Assembly: GCA_964019335.1 (NCBI GenBank)
Contig: OZ025672.1
Span: 434,001 to 498,000, forward strand
Length of the DNA stretch: 64,000 nt
Reading direction: 5' to 3'
Origin: Diplonema japonicum
Taxonomy: Eukaryota > Protista > Euglenozoa: Diplonemea
This document shows, in pieces, positions 32,390 through 44,003 of this stretch (position 1 is its first letter; every line of letters starts with the position of its first letter). The position numbers were made by a program, and so were the translations under genes. Below the pieces are notes generated by a model. The model made no database searches, was not told the origin of the DNA, and saw nothing but the letters and a program-made list of their open reading frames with translations.

Positions 32390-34129
32390 TCACATGACGA
32401 CGCACTCCCTAGTAAGTTCTTTGCCATCTCGACTGGATATCCCGCTACAGTCCTTGGACTTGATACTGCTGAGGCTGATGCGGCGCGCCTTTGATTTGAA
32501 CAACGCTAGCTTCTCGCTTGCTGCAGTAGATATAATGTGCAGGGCATCACCTGAGCCTTCAACATAACCTTGAGTAACGAGGGGGTAGGTGGGAAGCAAG
32601 GGCCGCGGGGTGAACCCTTCAGCATTGATGTCCGAACACCCGTGGTAATACACAGCCTGACAGTCCCAAGTAAAATCGGAATCTCTCGCTTCTAACCAGC
32701 GTTTGTCAGTGGACAGTTTTGTGTGGATATCTGCAGGCGTGGCATGGACACCTTTACTGACCCTAACATGCCGTGACTCTATCACATCGCTGAAACCCCA
32801 TAAAACGACTAAAATGTGTAAAGGGTCCGTGTCGTACATCCCACACCACCGGGTGATTTCCTTGAGAAGCTTGATGTCGGCAAAGCGCCCGCCTGAGCGC
32901 ATGTTCTTGATGGCGATGGCTTTCAAGGCGTATCGTGTAGCGGGTTTCACCCATATCTTGCCTTTCCGTTTTACCCTGTGAAGTTTATGGGGGACCCTTG
33001 TGATTTCGCATAGTGAGTACAGCTGGTTGACAATTATGTCTGCAGGGTCGTCTCTGCTGAGCTTCCACACCCCTCCCCTGCCGTCAATGAGGGTGCATCG
33101 TGAAGAGTCGAATTTCAAATCGCGGACGGAGCATATTTTTTTGTCGCGCTTGTCGCTGACGGTTAGGACCCCGCCTTTTTCGTATTTGAAGGTAATGCGT
33201 CCAGGGGTGGTTCGCAGTGTGCAGCTTACAGGGGGTTGCTTGGGGCGTCGGATGTTGTGCCACACGTTGCACTCGTCCAGTAGCTTTCGAATTGTTTCAA
33301 CAAGCTTTTCAACCCCATCCTCTGGAAGCGTCACGCTTTTGTTTATGTCGATGAAACGCAGCTTCTGCGCTGCCACGTCGTACTTCACAGTTCGTACGTC
33401 AGGCCGGCTTTCTCCGTTGACCTTGTACCTTTGGGTAAAAAAAAAAAGAATTAAATTCGGACGGGGGGGGGAGGGGGGGGATTCATACGATAGTCCGCCG
33501 CACTTCCCGTTTGCAGGTTTCAGTGAAATTTCATTACCGCTGGTGGGGTCCTTGAACACTACTGTGTGGGTTGACAAGGTGAGGTTTTTCTTGTGTTTGA
33601 ACTGGTCTCTTCTAGACAGTTTCCGTCCTTGTTGTGGAACGGGGGACGGTGGTTTCGTTTTGGTATCGTTTTCCGCGCTCCCTGTGTACAGTGACGAGGT
33701 TTTTGGTATCTTCAGCTCCGAGACTAGAGTGTCTTCATTTACCACTGGTTCTATCTCCACTTCCTCTTCTTCTTCTTCTTCCTCCGTTCCTTCCCTTACG
33801 TCTTTCTTGTTTTCCTCAACCATCTCCTCAGGGAGAGCCGCCCGTAGCGTTGTGCAAGGCAGTGTTCGCTGTTCACCGTTTCCGAATTCTACTGTCACCT
33901 TTAAAAATGTTTTTTTTTTAAAAAAAAAGGGGGGGTGGTTATATATATATACCCTTCCTTCATCCATGTCTAGTTTCACCACCTTGCCAGTTCTTCCTTT
34001 CAGAGCGGAGCCCTGGCCTACTAGGCTTCCCTTGACTCTCACATCCATTCCAATTTTCATGACAGCTTTGCTCAACGAAGGGGGTGAAGCGAGAACAGGT
34101 GTTGACGCAGCCAGAGGATCGCTTTCCAT
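32390..34129 (-). CDS. Uncharacterised protein (KOW/SH3-like N-domain plus two copies of a ~80-aa domain shared with the FYVE protein); in-frame introns 33952-33899 and 33488-33429
   Basis: Long ORF; homopolymer-rich GT..AG inserts of 54 and 60 nt whose removal gives GRVTVEFG and GGLSYKVNGE. Confidence 0.7.
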   Translation of the reverse strand: MESDPLAASTPVLASPPSLSKAVMKIGMDVRVKGSLVGQGSALKGRTGKVVKLDMDEGRVYIYNHPPFFFKKKTFLKVTVEFGNGEQRTLPCTTLRAALPEEMVEENKKDVREGTEEEEEEEEVEIEPVVNEDTLVSELKIPKTSSLYTGSAENDTKTKPPSPVPQQGRKLSRRDQFKHKKNLTLSTHTVVFKDPTSGNEISLKPANGKCGGLSYESPPSPPRPNLILFFFTQRYKVNGESRPDVRTVKYDVAAQKLRFIDINKSVTLPEDGVEKLVETIRKLLDECNVWHNIRRPKQPPVSCTLRTTPGRITFKYEKGGVLTVSDKRDKKICSVRDLKFDSSRCTLIDGRGGVWKLSRDDPADIIVNQLYSLCEITRVPHKLHRVKRKGKIWVKPATRYALKAIAIKNMRSGGRFADIKLLKEITRWCGMYDTDPLHILVVLWGFSDVIESRHVRVSKGVHATPADIHTKLSTDKRWLEARDSDFTWDCQAVYYHGCSDINAEGFTPRPLLPTYPLVTQGYVEGSGDALHIISTAASEKLALFKSKARRISLSSIKSKDCSGISSRDGKELTRECVVM

Positions 34130-34447
34130 TTTTTTTGTGGTCCTCTCACTTTTATTTAATTTTTTAAAAGGGGGGGGAAGAAGAAGAAGAAACTATTAAG
34201 AGAAAAAGAACCCCTTTTCGTCTTCTTCCCTCCACCTCCCCGCTCTCTCTCTCTCTCTTCTCCATATTCATATCAACCATGGTACTGGCCAATAATTAAA
34301 AGGGGCGACGTGCTTTCAAACAACCGCCCCCAAAAGATGTACAGTCTTTCTTTTTTTTTTTCCAACGTTTTTTTTTCTTTTTAAAGAAGGGGATAATGCA
34401 ACAGAAGCGCAGAACGGGGGGGGGGGGGTATTTTTCTTCCCCCCTCT

Positions 34448-35240
34448 TCAAAGCTTACTTCTACGGGCACTATCCCTCATTTTCGCATCTATTTTATTCT
34501 GAATATGTTTCTTGAGATTTTGAACGGATTTCGCCTGCTTCGCGAGGATCAAGTTGACCACCTTGACCGGGATCCACCCCTTGGGATGTATTTGAGCAAC
34601 ATAAACTACCTTGCATTTATTTTCCCCATTAGGCCGCACTATGAACCCTGTTGTCAAAATCTCGCCCCGAATAACACCAGGAAGCGGCCGTGTCACAGGA
34701 GGGTCCACAGACAGCGCTTTGCATATGAACGATCCGTCAGCCTCATACCGCTCACCTATTAGGACCTCGAAGTCACGAGGGCTGATGAGCAGAGGCGCAG
34801 GGCTGCGAAAGGACATATGTCTGTGGAACACCTCAAGGGTAGGGTCATCCTTTATTTTGTACGCCTGCAATTCTCGTCCGCCTGTGAACAAATCGTCCCA
34901 TAACCTGTGGAATATTGGTTTTTTTTTTTTTTTTTTTTTTTTTTTTCCCATACACCCGCTCTGAAAACCCCAGCGCGCTCTTGAACTCAACTACCGAAAC
35001 ATCTACTTCGAACTCTCCCAACAACATGTGAAGCCCTGTACCTGGGGTAACTCTTGTGTAAGTCCTGACGCCGCCCTGTGTGATGTTGAGTGTGTGGAAA
35101 AAAAAAAAAAAAAGAGGGGGTTTTTTTTATACCTCGAAAACATTTGGCTTCCCGCACCCCGTCCGGGTTTTCGGGTGTGCCAACTTCCGCAATTCTGTGA
35201 AATCAGTCGCCGTTACCAAACATTCTTTCAGCGGCGGCAT
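34448..35240 (-). CDS. START lipid-binding domain protein; introns 35132-35076 and 34953-34905
   Basis: ERVLWDD, ISPRDF, IRGEILTTGFIVRP, VVYVAQIHPKGWIPVKVVN. Confidence 0.85.
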
Positions 35241-36068
35241 TTTTTTTTTTTTTTTCTTTTTTTTTTTTAAAACGCTGGGCCGAGTCGAGGGAACAAAGTG
35301 TTTTAAAAAAAAAAAAAACTTTAATATCACGAACACGGGCGGTGTTCAAGGGGAAGAAAATAAAAGGTCAAAGGAAATGGAAAGAAGAGAAGGGAAAAAA
35401 AAAAAAAAAAAAGGAAAGAAGGTACAAGCATACCGAGAAAGGTTAAAAAAAAAAAGACAGGAAAATTCCCTGTGTGTGGGTAGTGTTTTCTTTTTCAGCG
35501 GCCCTCAGATTCAAAAAACGTTATAAAGTGATTTCTGATTTTTAAACTTTACAGAATTAAATAAAAAATCGATGTCACATGCAAACTCCGCGCGAGAGCC
35601 AGGCCCCTAGAAGAGGCACCCTTCAATAGGGTCCTCGTAATAAAAAAAACATAAAAATAAAACGGAAAAGGGGGGAACGGCGAAATGAGGATCTTGGAAC
35701 TGGCATCCCCTCCTCACCTTGAAAAAGAAAATCCCCCCTCCCCTTTTTTTTTGTTTGTTGATCTTTTCCCCTCTGGTTCGAGATCTGAGACGATCGGCAC
35801 GGAAGAAAAAAAAAAGAAAAAAAAAAAGAAACGTAACGACACGTAATTTTCAGGAAAAAAAAAGCGCAATTTTTTTCTTCTCTTCCCTCCCCTTCCTTTC
35901 CTTGAAACAAACGAAACAAAAATAATGGAAGAAACGAAAAAAAAAATAGAAAAAAAAGACAAGCAAACGTTGTTTTAATAAAAAAAAAAAAAAAAAAAAA
36001 AAAAAAACACACACACACACGCTAGCACACGGATGTTACTGCTTCAAAAAAAAAAAAAAAAAAAAAAA

Positions 36069-37262
36069 TCAATTCTGCTGCAAAAGCCTTGAAATAGTCC
36101 AAGTTTGCCAGTTAAGGTCCTTCCACCTGCCTGGATCGTCTAAACAATTTTCCTTGTTGCAAACACCATTGAAAAGAGCAAGCGGGTTCACCCCGTACCC
36201 CGTAGCAGGGTCGTACTGCTGGAAGGTAAGCTGAGGACGCTCCATTCTCCAGAAGAAATGCTCACCCTGCGTAGTGTCAACATCATAGCTATAGGGCGGC
36301 AGCGTGGCCTTCCTCCAGGTAACACAGCTATCGTTAGAGAACACATAAACAGCTCTAATGAACCCACTGGGGCACATCCCGTGGATCAAAATGTGAAACC
36401 CGTATTTGTCTTCCCAGATAAAGGGGTCTTCACCAACGCCTGCAACGCAAAGATCCGGGTCATTCTTAACAACGGGCTTTCCTGTTATCAAAGCATAGCT
36501 GCTGTTCCACGACGTGGCACGTGCGACACCAATCAGTTCGTAATGCCTTCCAGAAGGCGAGCCTTGGAACGCCAACGTGACGCTCCCGTCAGGGTGGAAA
36601 TGCGGGGAAGGATTTGTGAATGACGTGCGGAGTTCGGTCGATGCATTTACTGTCTTTCCGTCAAAGTACAACGTGGATATCTTCCAAGGTCCCCTTAGGG
36701 ATGCCGACACTGCCATTGAGATTCCGGTTTTAATATCGCTCTCGTTATGGTATGCCTCACCGTGTGTAATTTCGGCTGAAGGTGCAGCCGTGGTGTTTGC
36801 GCAGATTTTCGGAGTTGCGGAGTTCCCCGACCCGATGAAATATATGATGAAACCTTCGTTTTTCGGGAGTTTTCGAATAGTTGGGTTGTGTGCAAACGGA
36901 AGGACCACGAACTCTTGGAACACAAATGGGCCGTTGACTGTCTTGCTTGAAGCGCGTGCGATGGCGGAGTTGCTTCCGTAGTCCTCCAGGCCGCACCCGT
37001 TCAGCATCTGTGCGTAGAACAGATGGTACTCCCCGTCCTCATAAATTGCGTTGCCGCCCCAAGACGCGTTGCCCTCTACGTGGTACCCTGAGCCCCAGTC
37101 CATGGGCTTCACAAACTTCAACACCTCGCACCTTTCTCCTTCCCACTGCGGTTCGCACTTGCATTTTCTATCAACGCACTGTCCGTTCAAACTGCACCCC
37201 ATTGTGTCCTCGCACGCCATCGCCAACCCGATGCACGCCACTGCCGTGACGATTCTCATCAT
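36069..37262 (-). CDS. Secreted EGF + GH43-like beta-propeller glycoside hydrolase
   Basis: Signal peptide; CSLNGQC...CKCEPQWEGERC EGF; SWGG, YHLFY, HNPTI, TNPSP, EDPFIW, ERPQL. Confidence 0.75.
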   Translation of the reverse strand: MMRIVTAVACIGLAMACEDTMGCSLNGQCVDRKCKCEPQWEGERCEVLKFVKPMDWGSGYHVEGNASWGGNAIYEDGEYHLFYAQMLNGCGLEDYGSNSAIARASSKTVNGPFVFQEFVVLPFAHNPTIRKLPKNEGFIIYFIGSGNSATPKICANTTAAPSAEITHGEAYHNESDIKTGISMAVSASLRGPWKISTLYFDGKTVNASTELRTSFTNPSPHFHPDGSVTLAFQGSPSGRHYELIGVARATSWNSSYALITGKPVVKNDPDLCVAGVGEDPFIWEDKYGFHILIHGMCPSGFIRAVYVFSNDSCVTWRKATLPPYSYDVDTTQGEHFFWRMERPQLTFQQYDPATGYGVNPLALFNGVCNKENCLDDPGRWKDLNWQTWTISRLLQQN

Positions 37263-37325
37263 TTTTCTTTTGTTTCCTTTCTTATTTTTTTTTTTAAGGG
37301 GGAAGAGAGAGGGGGGAAAAGAGAC

Positions 37326-37955
37326 TTACGCGTTCAAGCGTTCTAAGCAGGCGTCGACAGCAGTGCTGTGTGTCATGAGCATGGCGGCGATTTCTCTGCA
37401 GCTTTCGCCGGATATCTCTGTTGTTGGGTCCGCAGCCGCTGCTTCGAGGAATGTGAGCAGCGACACAGCATGCGGTGCGGGAACGCAAGGCGCTGAAGGA
37501 AGTGACTTGAGAAGGTCGGTGACAGGGGGAATAGAAATATCCAATGGTGTGAGGTTTGAAGGGTTGCGTGAGTGGGGGTTCGCGCCTGCTTTGAGGAGAG
37601 CTGCGGTGGCTAGGAGTGAGCCAGATGAGGCAGCTGCGTGCATAGGGTAGTTCCCGTTGCTGTCGGGAAGGTGTACAGATGCGCCCAGTCGTAATAACAA
37701 TTTTGCTACGCCGCTGCCGGGTTCCCCTCTCCCACAGCATACCATCAAAGGGGTCTCCCCGTCCTCAGCCTCTGCGTCCACCTCAAGCCCGTGGTTCGCG
37801 AGCTCTTCTACTATAACCTCAGCACCACTCCATGCACCCCAATGCAACGCTCCCCACCCCTTCTCATCTGTTTTCTCTTTGTCGGCACCCTCCTCAATCA
37901 GCCTAGCTACCGTGCAATAATCCCCGTCACTGCATGCTTGCAGAAATGGATCCAT
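37326..37955 (-). CDS. Ankyrin repeat protein
   Basis: GWGALHWGA, GETPLMVCC, GNYPMHAAA, LTPLD repeats. Confidence 0.85.
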   Translation of the reverse strand: MDPFLQACSDGDYCTVARLIEEGADKEKTDEKGWGALHWGAWSGAEVIVEELANHGLEVDAEAEDGETPLMVCCGRGEPGSGVAKLLLRLGASVHLPDSNGNYPMHAAASSGSLLATAALLKAGANPHSRNPSNLTPLDISIPPVTDLLKSLPSAPCVPAPHAVSLLTFLEAAAADPTTEISGESCREIAAMLMTHSTAVDACLERLNA

Positions 37956-37966
37956 CCCTTGGGTCC

Positions 37967-37997
<31 letters not shown>

Positions 37998-38709
37998 TAA
38001 AAGGTTGCGAGTAACAGGGTGGGGGAAGAAATATAAACACGAGAAACAAGGAGAAATCTAAAGGGAGCGGGATGGGAATGGAAATATAAAAAAAAAGAAC
38101 AGAAAAAAGCTTCGGAGGGGGGGACAACAAAAAACATAACGCCTCCGTTTCCTTCTTTTTTTTGCTGTGCTTAATTTATTTGTTTTCTAAATATTCTTCC
38201 AAAGACAGATGCGATGTCCCTCGTTCACTTCCACACAAGGTGAAGAAAGGAGAATAAAAGAAGAAAGAAAAAGGATGGAATGAAGAAGAAAAAAAAAAAC
38301 TCTTCTTGCTTTCTACAAACCTATGACTTGTTTAACGACAAGAAAAGGGAATGGGATGGCGGGGTGGCAACTTTATTTTACTTTTCTTCTTTTTCTGTCG
38401 CAGCAATGTTACCAGAGGGTGGGGGGGGTAGTTTACAATGACAGAGTGGAAGGGACGGGGAGAAAAAAAAAATCCTTAGACCAACATTTAGCGACAAGGG
38501 AGGGGGGAAGGTGGCACCCTTTTTTTTATTTTGTTTGGGCATTTGTTGTCGTTCTTTAGTTTTTCTTTTCTTTTTTTTTTTTTTTTTTTAAAAGGGGAAG
38601 ATCTCTAACATCATACAGAAAAAAAAAGGAAGAAAAAAGAAAAGGTAAGAACAGAGTCCGAAGGATGGGGAGAATGCTTTTTACAAAAAAAATCTAGTTT
38701 AAACAAAAT

Positions 38710-41106
38710 CTAATGTTTCAAACTTTTACGCCCCGCGGTCCCTCGGCGAGTGCTGGGGGACTGGGATTTTCGTGGTCGGGGTGCAGTGGCGGATCTGTTT
38801 TTTTTTTTTTTTCCCCCTATCCTCTTCACATACCCAATGTCCTGTGTATGGTTGGTCCTGCCCCGTTCTCCAGCTGGCGCAACAGCGCCTTTCCGGCGGC
38901 CAAGAGAAGCAGTTCTAGATATTTTCTGCTTGGTGATGGTAGAGATGCCAACATGGGTTGGTGCCTTCGGGCGTGCGGCTTGCCCTGTTGTAGCAGGAAC
39001 AGAGTCCCTTCCCCGAGGGAGAGAAGGAGGAGAGCTGATTTTCGGCATGTGCACCTCAGGTCTGATGTTGGACATCCTCAGCTTTGAGAAGACCATGCCG
39101 GGCTGCACCTTGTTCATGTGTCCGTTCTTCACCTCGAAGGTGGCGCTGTCGCTGACGACGTACCTCTGGGTCACAAGCGACCCGTTGGCCCACTCGCCGA
39201 GGATCACATTGTTGCCCTCTTGCTGTTCACCTGGTCCGTGCTTCTGCCCCTTTGCCCAGCACCCATCGTACACAACTGTCTTACTGATGTACCTCCCCTG
39301 CCCCTCCATGGCGTCCGCCTTCCACTCCCCTTCGTAGGTCGACCCGTCAGCCCATGTTTTGTACCCCCACCCGTCCATCTTCCCGTTATTAAACGCGCCT
39401 TTGTACATGCTCTTGTCCGCTGCCTTGTAGACCCCCTCGCCGTTCAGCTCGTCGTCCGCCCACTGGCCTTCAAAGAGCTCCCCGTGCGGGCTCACCAGCC
39501 TCCCTCTCCCGTGTCTCAGATCGTTCGACCACGCGCCCGTGTACTCCTTTCCGTCCGAGTACACAAAGACACCTTCGCCGTGTTTTTTGTTCGCGATCCA
39601 CTGTCCTTCGTACTTCTCGCCATCGGGCCATGTCCACACACCCGCTCCGTGCCTCCTCCCACAGCTGAAAGATCCTGTGAAGACGCCACCGCACGCCCAC
39701 TTGTAAACACCCTCCCCGTCGAACTGGTCCTCTTTCCATTGCCCTTCGTACACGTCGCCGTTTGCCATCATCAGTGCGCCAGTGCCTTCCCTCTTGTCCT
39801 CCTTCCAATGTCCTTCGTAGGAGTCACCGTTGGCGTACCTGTACACACCATGGCCGTGCTGCTTCTCCTTCACCCACACACCAGTGTAGCTGTCACCGTC
39901 TGGCCATGTCCGTGTCCCCTTGCCTTCAAAGAAGCCGTCGTTGAAGTCGCCCGTGTCGATGATGCCCTCGTGCCAGTGGTACACACCCTTCCCGTCGTAC
40001 TTGTGGTTCTTCCACTCGCCCTCATACACGTCACCACCAGCCATTTTCAGGGCGCCCCGGCCTTGGCGCAGCCCGTCCACCCACTGCCCTGTGTACGTGT
40101 GGCCTTCCGAGTACTCGAAGGTGCCGTCTCCGTTCGGTCGGTCGTCCTTCCAGCTGCCGTCGTAGATGGCCCCCGATGTCATGGCGAGCTTGCCCTGCCC
40201 CTCGCGTGAGTCGTTCAGCCATTCACCTTCGTAGACATCGCCTGAAGTGTAGGTGAAGGTCCCCGTCCCTGTCTTCTTGCCCTCCGCCCATGTGCCGACG
40301 TAGTGGTCGCCAGACGCGTACGAGAACTCACCTTCGCCGTGTTTCTTGTCGCATGACCAACCTCCGGAGTAGCTGTCGCCGTTGGTCCATGTGCGTGTCC
40401 CCTCGCCATGGAAGTACCCGTGGTCGAAGCTGCCTTTGTAGAAGTTGCCTTCCTTCCACGTGTATTCACCGTCGCCGTGGAACTTGTCGTTGTACCAGGT
40501 GCCCTCGTAGATATCCCCGGAGGACATGGTGAACCGCCCGTAGCCCTGGCGGATGTCGCCCACCCAGTCGCCGTCGTAGGTGTCGCCTGAGTGGTAGGTG
40601 TAGCGACCGCGGCCGTGCTTCTTGGATTCCTTCCACCCGCCTTTGTAGGACTCACCGTCTGTCCATTTTCGTTCGCCTTCACCGTCGAAGTTGCCTGATT
40701 TGAAGCCACCTTGATGCACGGTGCCGTCGGCCCACATGAAGACTCCTGTGCCGTCCCGTTGGTTCATCTTCCATGTTCCTTCGTACGTGTCGCCTTGGGA
40801 CGTTGTGCAGGAGCCCGTTCCGTGACGCTCATCAGCCACCCACTCCCCTTCGTACATCTCCCCGTTGTTCATTGTCAGCTTTCCATGCCCGTCCCTCTTG
40901 TTGTCCTTCCAGGACCCTGTGTACACGTCGCTGTTGTCGTACGTCATGGTGCCTTGGCCCTCCCTGGCAGACTTCAGCCCCCCTTCGTACACTCCTTCCG
41001 AGAACTGTATGCGCCCTTCGTAGGTGAGGTTCTGGTTGTTGTTACTCTGCCACCGATTACCCGTCGGGTATGAAGGAAGGTATGGCTTCTCTGGAGTGGA
41101 CGGCAT
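38710..41106 (-). CDS. MORN repeat protein (~25 repeats)
   Basis: Tandem 23-aa YEGEW..D..HG.G repeats with a basic tail. Confidence 0.92.
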   Translation of the reverse strand: MPSTPEKPYLPSYPTGNRWQSNNNQNLTYEGRIQFSEGVYEGGLKSAREGQGTMTYDNSDVYTGSWKDNKRDGHGKLTMNNGEMYEGEWVADERHGTGSCTTSQGDTYEGTWKMNQRDGTGVFMWADGTVHQGGFKSGNFDGEGERKWTDGESYKGGWKESKKHGRGRYTYHSGDTYDGDWVGDIRQGYGRFTMSSGDIYEGTWYNDKFHGDGEYTWKEGNFYKGSFDHGYFHGEGTRTWTNGDSYSGGWSCDKKHGEGEFSYASGDHYVGTWAEGKKTGTGTFTYTSGDVYEGEWLNDSREGQGKLAMTSGAIYDGSWKDDRPNGDGTFEYSEGHTYTGQWVDGLRQGRGALKMAGGDVYEGEWKNHKYDGKGVYHWHEGIIDTGDFNDGFFEGKGTRTWPDGDSYTGVWVKEKQHGHGVYRYANGDSYEGHWKEDKREGTGALMMANGDVYEGQWKEDQFDGEGVYKWACGGVFTGSFSCGRRHGAGVWTWPDGEKYEGQWIANKKHGEGVFVYSDGKEYTGAWSNDLRHGRGRLVSPHGELFEGQWADDELNGEGVYKAADKSMYKGAFNNGKMDGWGYKTWADGSTYEGEWKADAMEGQGRYISKTVVYDGCWAKGQKHGPGEQQEGNNVILGEWANGSLVTQRYVVSDSATFEVKNGHMNKVQPGMVFSKLRMSNIRPEVHMPKISSPPSLPRGRDSVPATTGQAARPKAPTHVGISTITKQKISRTASLGRRKGAVAPAGERGRTNHTQDIGYVKRIGGKKKKNRSATAPRPRKSQSPSTRRGTAGRKSLKH

Positions 41107-42039
41107 TGTTACTTTATTTCTATTTTTTTTTCTCTATTTCCTTCCCCTTCCTCCTCACCCTTTTCCTAGGTTTTTTTTTTTTTTTTTTTTTTTCCCTCCC
41201 TTCACAATGTAAAGAAGACAAAAAAAGGAAACACACAAACAGAAAAAGAAAAAAAAAAAAAAGCGGGGTGGGGCAGACTTCTGTGGTTGTGGGTTGGGCA
41301 CGCGAAGAGTGAAAACAAAAAAAAAAACAAAAAAATATTGGTGGACAGGAAAAACGGAGGGGGGGAGCAGGGGGGGGAAAGAAAAAGAGGGGTTACTCTA
41401 GAGGAAACAAAAAAGAAATAAGCGAAAGAAAGAAGGGAACAAAGGAGAAGAAAAAAAAAAAACTCTCAAACTTGCAAACCCTTGATGCATCTTCTTCCTT
41501 TTGGTCGCTTCTTTTTTTCCCATTTGTTGTTTGTTTCTCTTCTTCCTCTTTTTTTTTTTGTGAAAAAAAAAGAAAAAAAATCTCCATTTTAAAAGGCCCT
41601 ACCAATAAGTACTCTCAAATCAGAAACAAGGCTCACGCACTCACTTCACATGAGTAGTGGAAAGGGGGCGGGAGGGATGGAAAAAAAAAAAAAAAAAAAA
41701 AGGCGGAATACCAATTTTCAGGGAAGGAGGGTCTGAAACCAACCACCTGGCTCTCCTGGATTTTCAAGGGGTAAAAAACAGTTAAAAGAGGTAAGCTATT
41801 TCTTCATTTTTTTCTTCTTTTATTTTTTTTTGTGATTCTTCTCTTTTAAATTCGAGCCTCCCTTTTCTTTTTCATTTTTTTTTTTTTTTTTTTTTCACGA
41901 TGGTATTAAAGAAAGGCCCTCTTTTCAACTGTGCTAAATCGAGCTTTTAGGGAGAGTTTTTGACAACAGAAGAGGCAGGTAGGAAATAATAGGGGAGGGA
42001 CTATTTTTTTCATCCCCCTCATTTTTTTTTTTTTTTTTT

Positions 42040-42111
42040 CTACGCCACCTTCTTGTACTTGTTCATGTAGATGTAAGCCATAATCACCGCCAGGATGGCG
42101 AAAATGAGCCA

Positions 42112-42151
<40 letters not shown>

Positions 42152-42527
42152 CCCCATACTTGCTCCCTTCACCACCAGACTTGTTTGTAAGGTCCTCATC
42201 AGACATGAGGGTGGCGCCCTGAAGTTTACCAATGCAGTACTTCTTCATCAGCTCCCTGGCGTTGCTGCCGTGGCCAATCTGCTTGAACTCTTCCGTAGCG
42301 TCGGACCCAGCCTTCTCCAGAAGAACCTCAGCACCACCAGGGTGCTGGCTCATATATTTCTTGATTTTGTACACCCTTCCCCCGATGGCCAACCATGGTG
42401 CCTCGTGGCTGTTGTGCTTGCTGAGCTCCTCCTCAGTGATCTCCTTCAGCTTCGAGTCGTCGTTGCAGACAAGCTCCTCGTCGGAGTCCTCGGTGGTAGG
42501 GACCGGCTTCGAGTCGTCAGTGGTCAT
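42040..42527 (-). CDS. CYB5: Tail-anchored cytochrome b5; intron 42159-42113
   Basis: HPGG and IGHG heme motifs; splicing yields the TM anchor KWLIFAILAVIMAYIYMNKYKKVA*. Confidence 0.9.
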
Positions 42528-42825
42528 TTTTTTTTTTTTTTTTTTTGTAAGTGATTAAGTTGATGAAAAATACTGGGATGGGTTGAATTCTTTTTTTTTT
42601 TTTAAAACACAACAGGTGGTTGGCAACGACAGAACAAAAAAAAAAAAGAAGAAAAAAACTAGTTTGGCGCTCCATTTGTTTGTGCGCACGAGCGGAATTT
42701 TACCTAATAAAATAGCTCATTACGCTGTCATCAACTAGTTTTTAGTCTCGACAATAATATTGTTAAAAAAAAAAAAAAAAAATGCTCTATGGGTGGTTTT
42801 TCCTTCTTCTTTTTCTCTCCCATTC

Positions 42826-42905
42826 TCATCTATTCCGCCGAGGTGCTGCTACGATCTCAACCTTTTTTTGTTGCCGTGAACTGCTTCGATGCCTTCGTGT
42901 TGAAT

Positions 42906-42940
<35 letters not shown>

Positions 42941-43923
42941 TGGAAGTACAATACACACCTGGTTGGCTGTGCGGCAGGGGGGCTTGCAGATCTTTTCCGT
43001 GTGCCCGCCTTCCCAATGTGTTGGATGATGTACTCCAGCTCTTTGATCTTCGCAGATAGCTCAGCCTTGTCCTCCATAAGCTTCCGGATCTCCGACTCGG
43101 ATACCTTGCACTTGGCAACACACACTTCGAGGTTTTTGTAGATATTATCAGCGAGTTTTGAGTTGAGCGCTGCGTATCGTGCTTTTTTCTGGCTCTCTGC
43201 CAGAGAGGCTGAGAGGGCAGCGAAGCGCCTGTTGGATGCAACAAGGGAGTTTTCAAGAGATCGTATCTGTCGCTCCTTGCGCACTACGCGGTCTTCAAAA
43301 GTGCTCATTGGGGGCTTCGGACCTGCCTCCCTCTCTTTCAGTAATGTGTGTATCAGCCGCAGGTCGTCCTCTCTCACGCAGAGGAACGCAGCGTACATCT
43401 CTTCGATGTGTTCATCATACAGCGCCACAATGGCCTCCAAGCTCTCTTGCGTCACCATCCCAGTAGGTATTATCATATCTTGCACGGGTTGCTCTTGTTG
43501 TTTGTGTACCTTTGCTTGTGCTGCTTCGCTTCTCTTTCGCAGCTCTTCCAACATCCTCAGCTCCTCTACTGTCTCGTACTCCTCATCCGTCCCATCTGGC
43601 ACGTCCTCCAGTACCTCTGGAAGCGGCATCGGCCTCCTCACTGTTTTCTCCTTGTACGGTATTGGTACGTGCTTCCTCACGGTTGGCTCTTTTGCTTTTT
43701 CCCTTGCCTGTGTCTTCGCCACCCATGCCATTGTTGGTACACTTCGTCCCCGTGTTCCGTTCTTTCCACCGCTCTTCACCTTCTCTTTCTCCGCATGTTG
43801 CTTTTCGTTCATCCCCGATCTAATCTCTGCCTGGTACTGCTTGATCACGGAGGGAACAAATTTCAGCCCTTCGCTCTCTTCAAGCAGCTGCAGTTCTTGT
43901 CGTAGCCGCGGCGACAAGTCCAT
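42826..43923 (-). CDS. Coiled-coil protein; probable in-frame intron 42958-42893
   Basis: 365-aa charged ORF; the poly-Phe stretch is bounded by GT..AG. Confidence 0.65.
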
Positions 43924-44003
43924 TGCGGCCTGTGGTGAGGGTGGGGGTGGAACGCTTTTCTGAGAATTAAATAATAAAGGTAACTACATGTTCACGTAGT
44001 CAA

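Noticed and set aside
39118-40209. Long plus-strand ORFs antisense to MORN and other genes
   Set aside because: Shadow ORFs from codon bias with no recognisable motifs.
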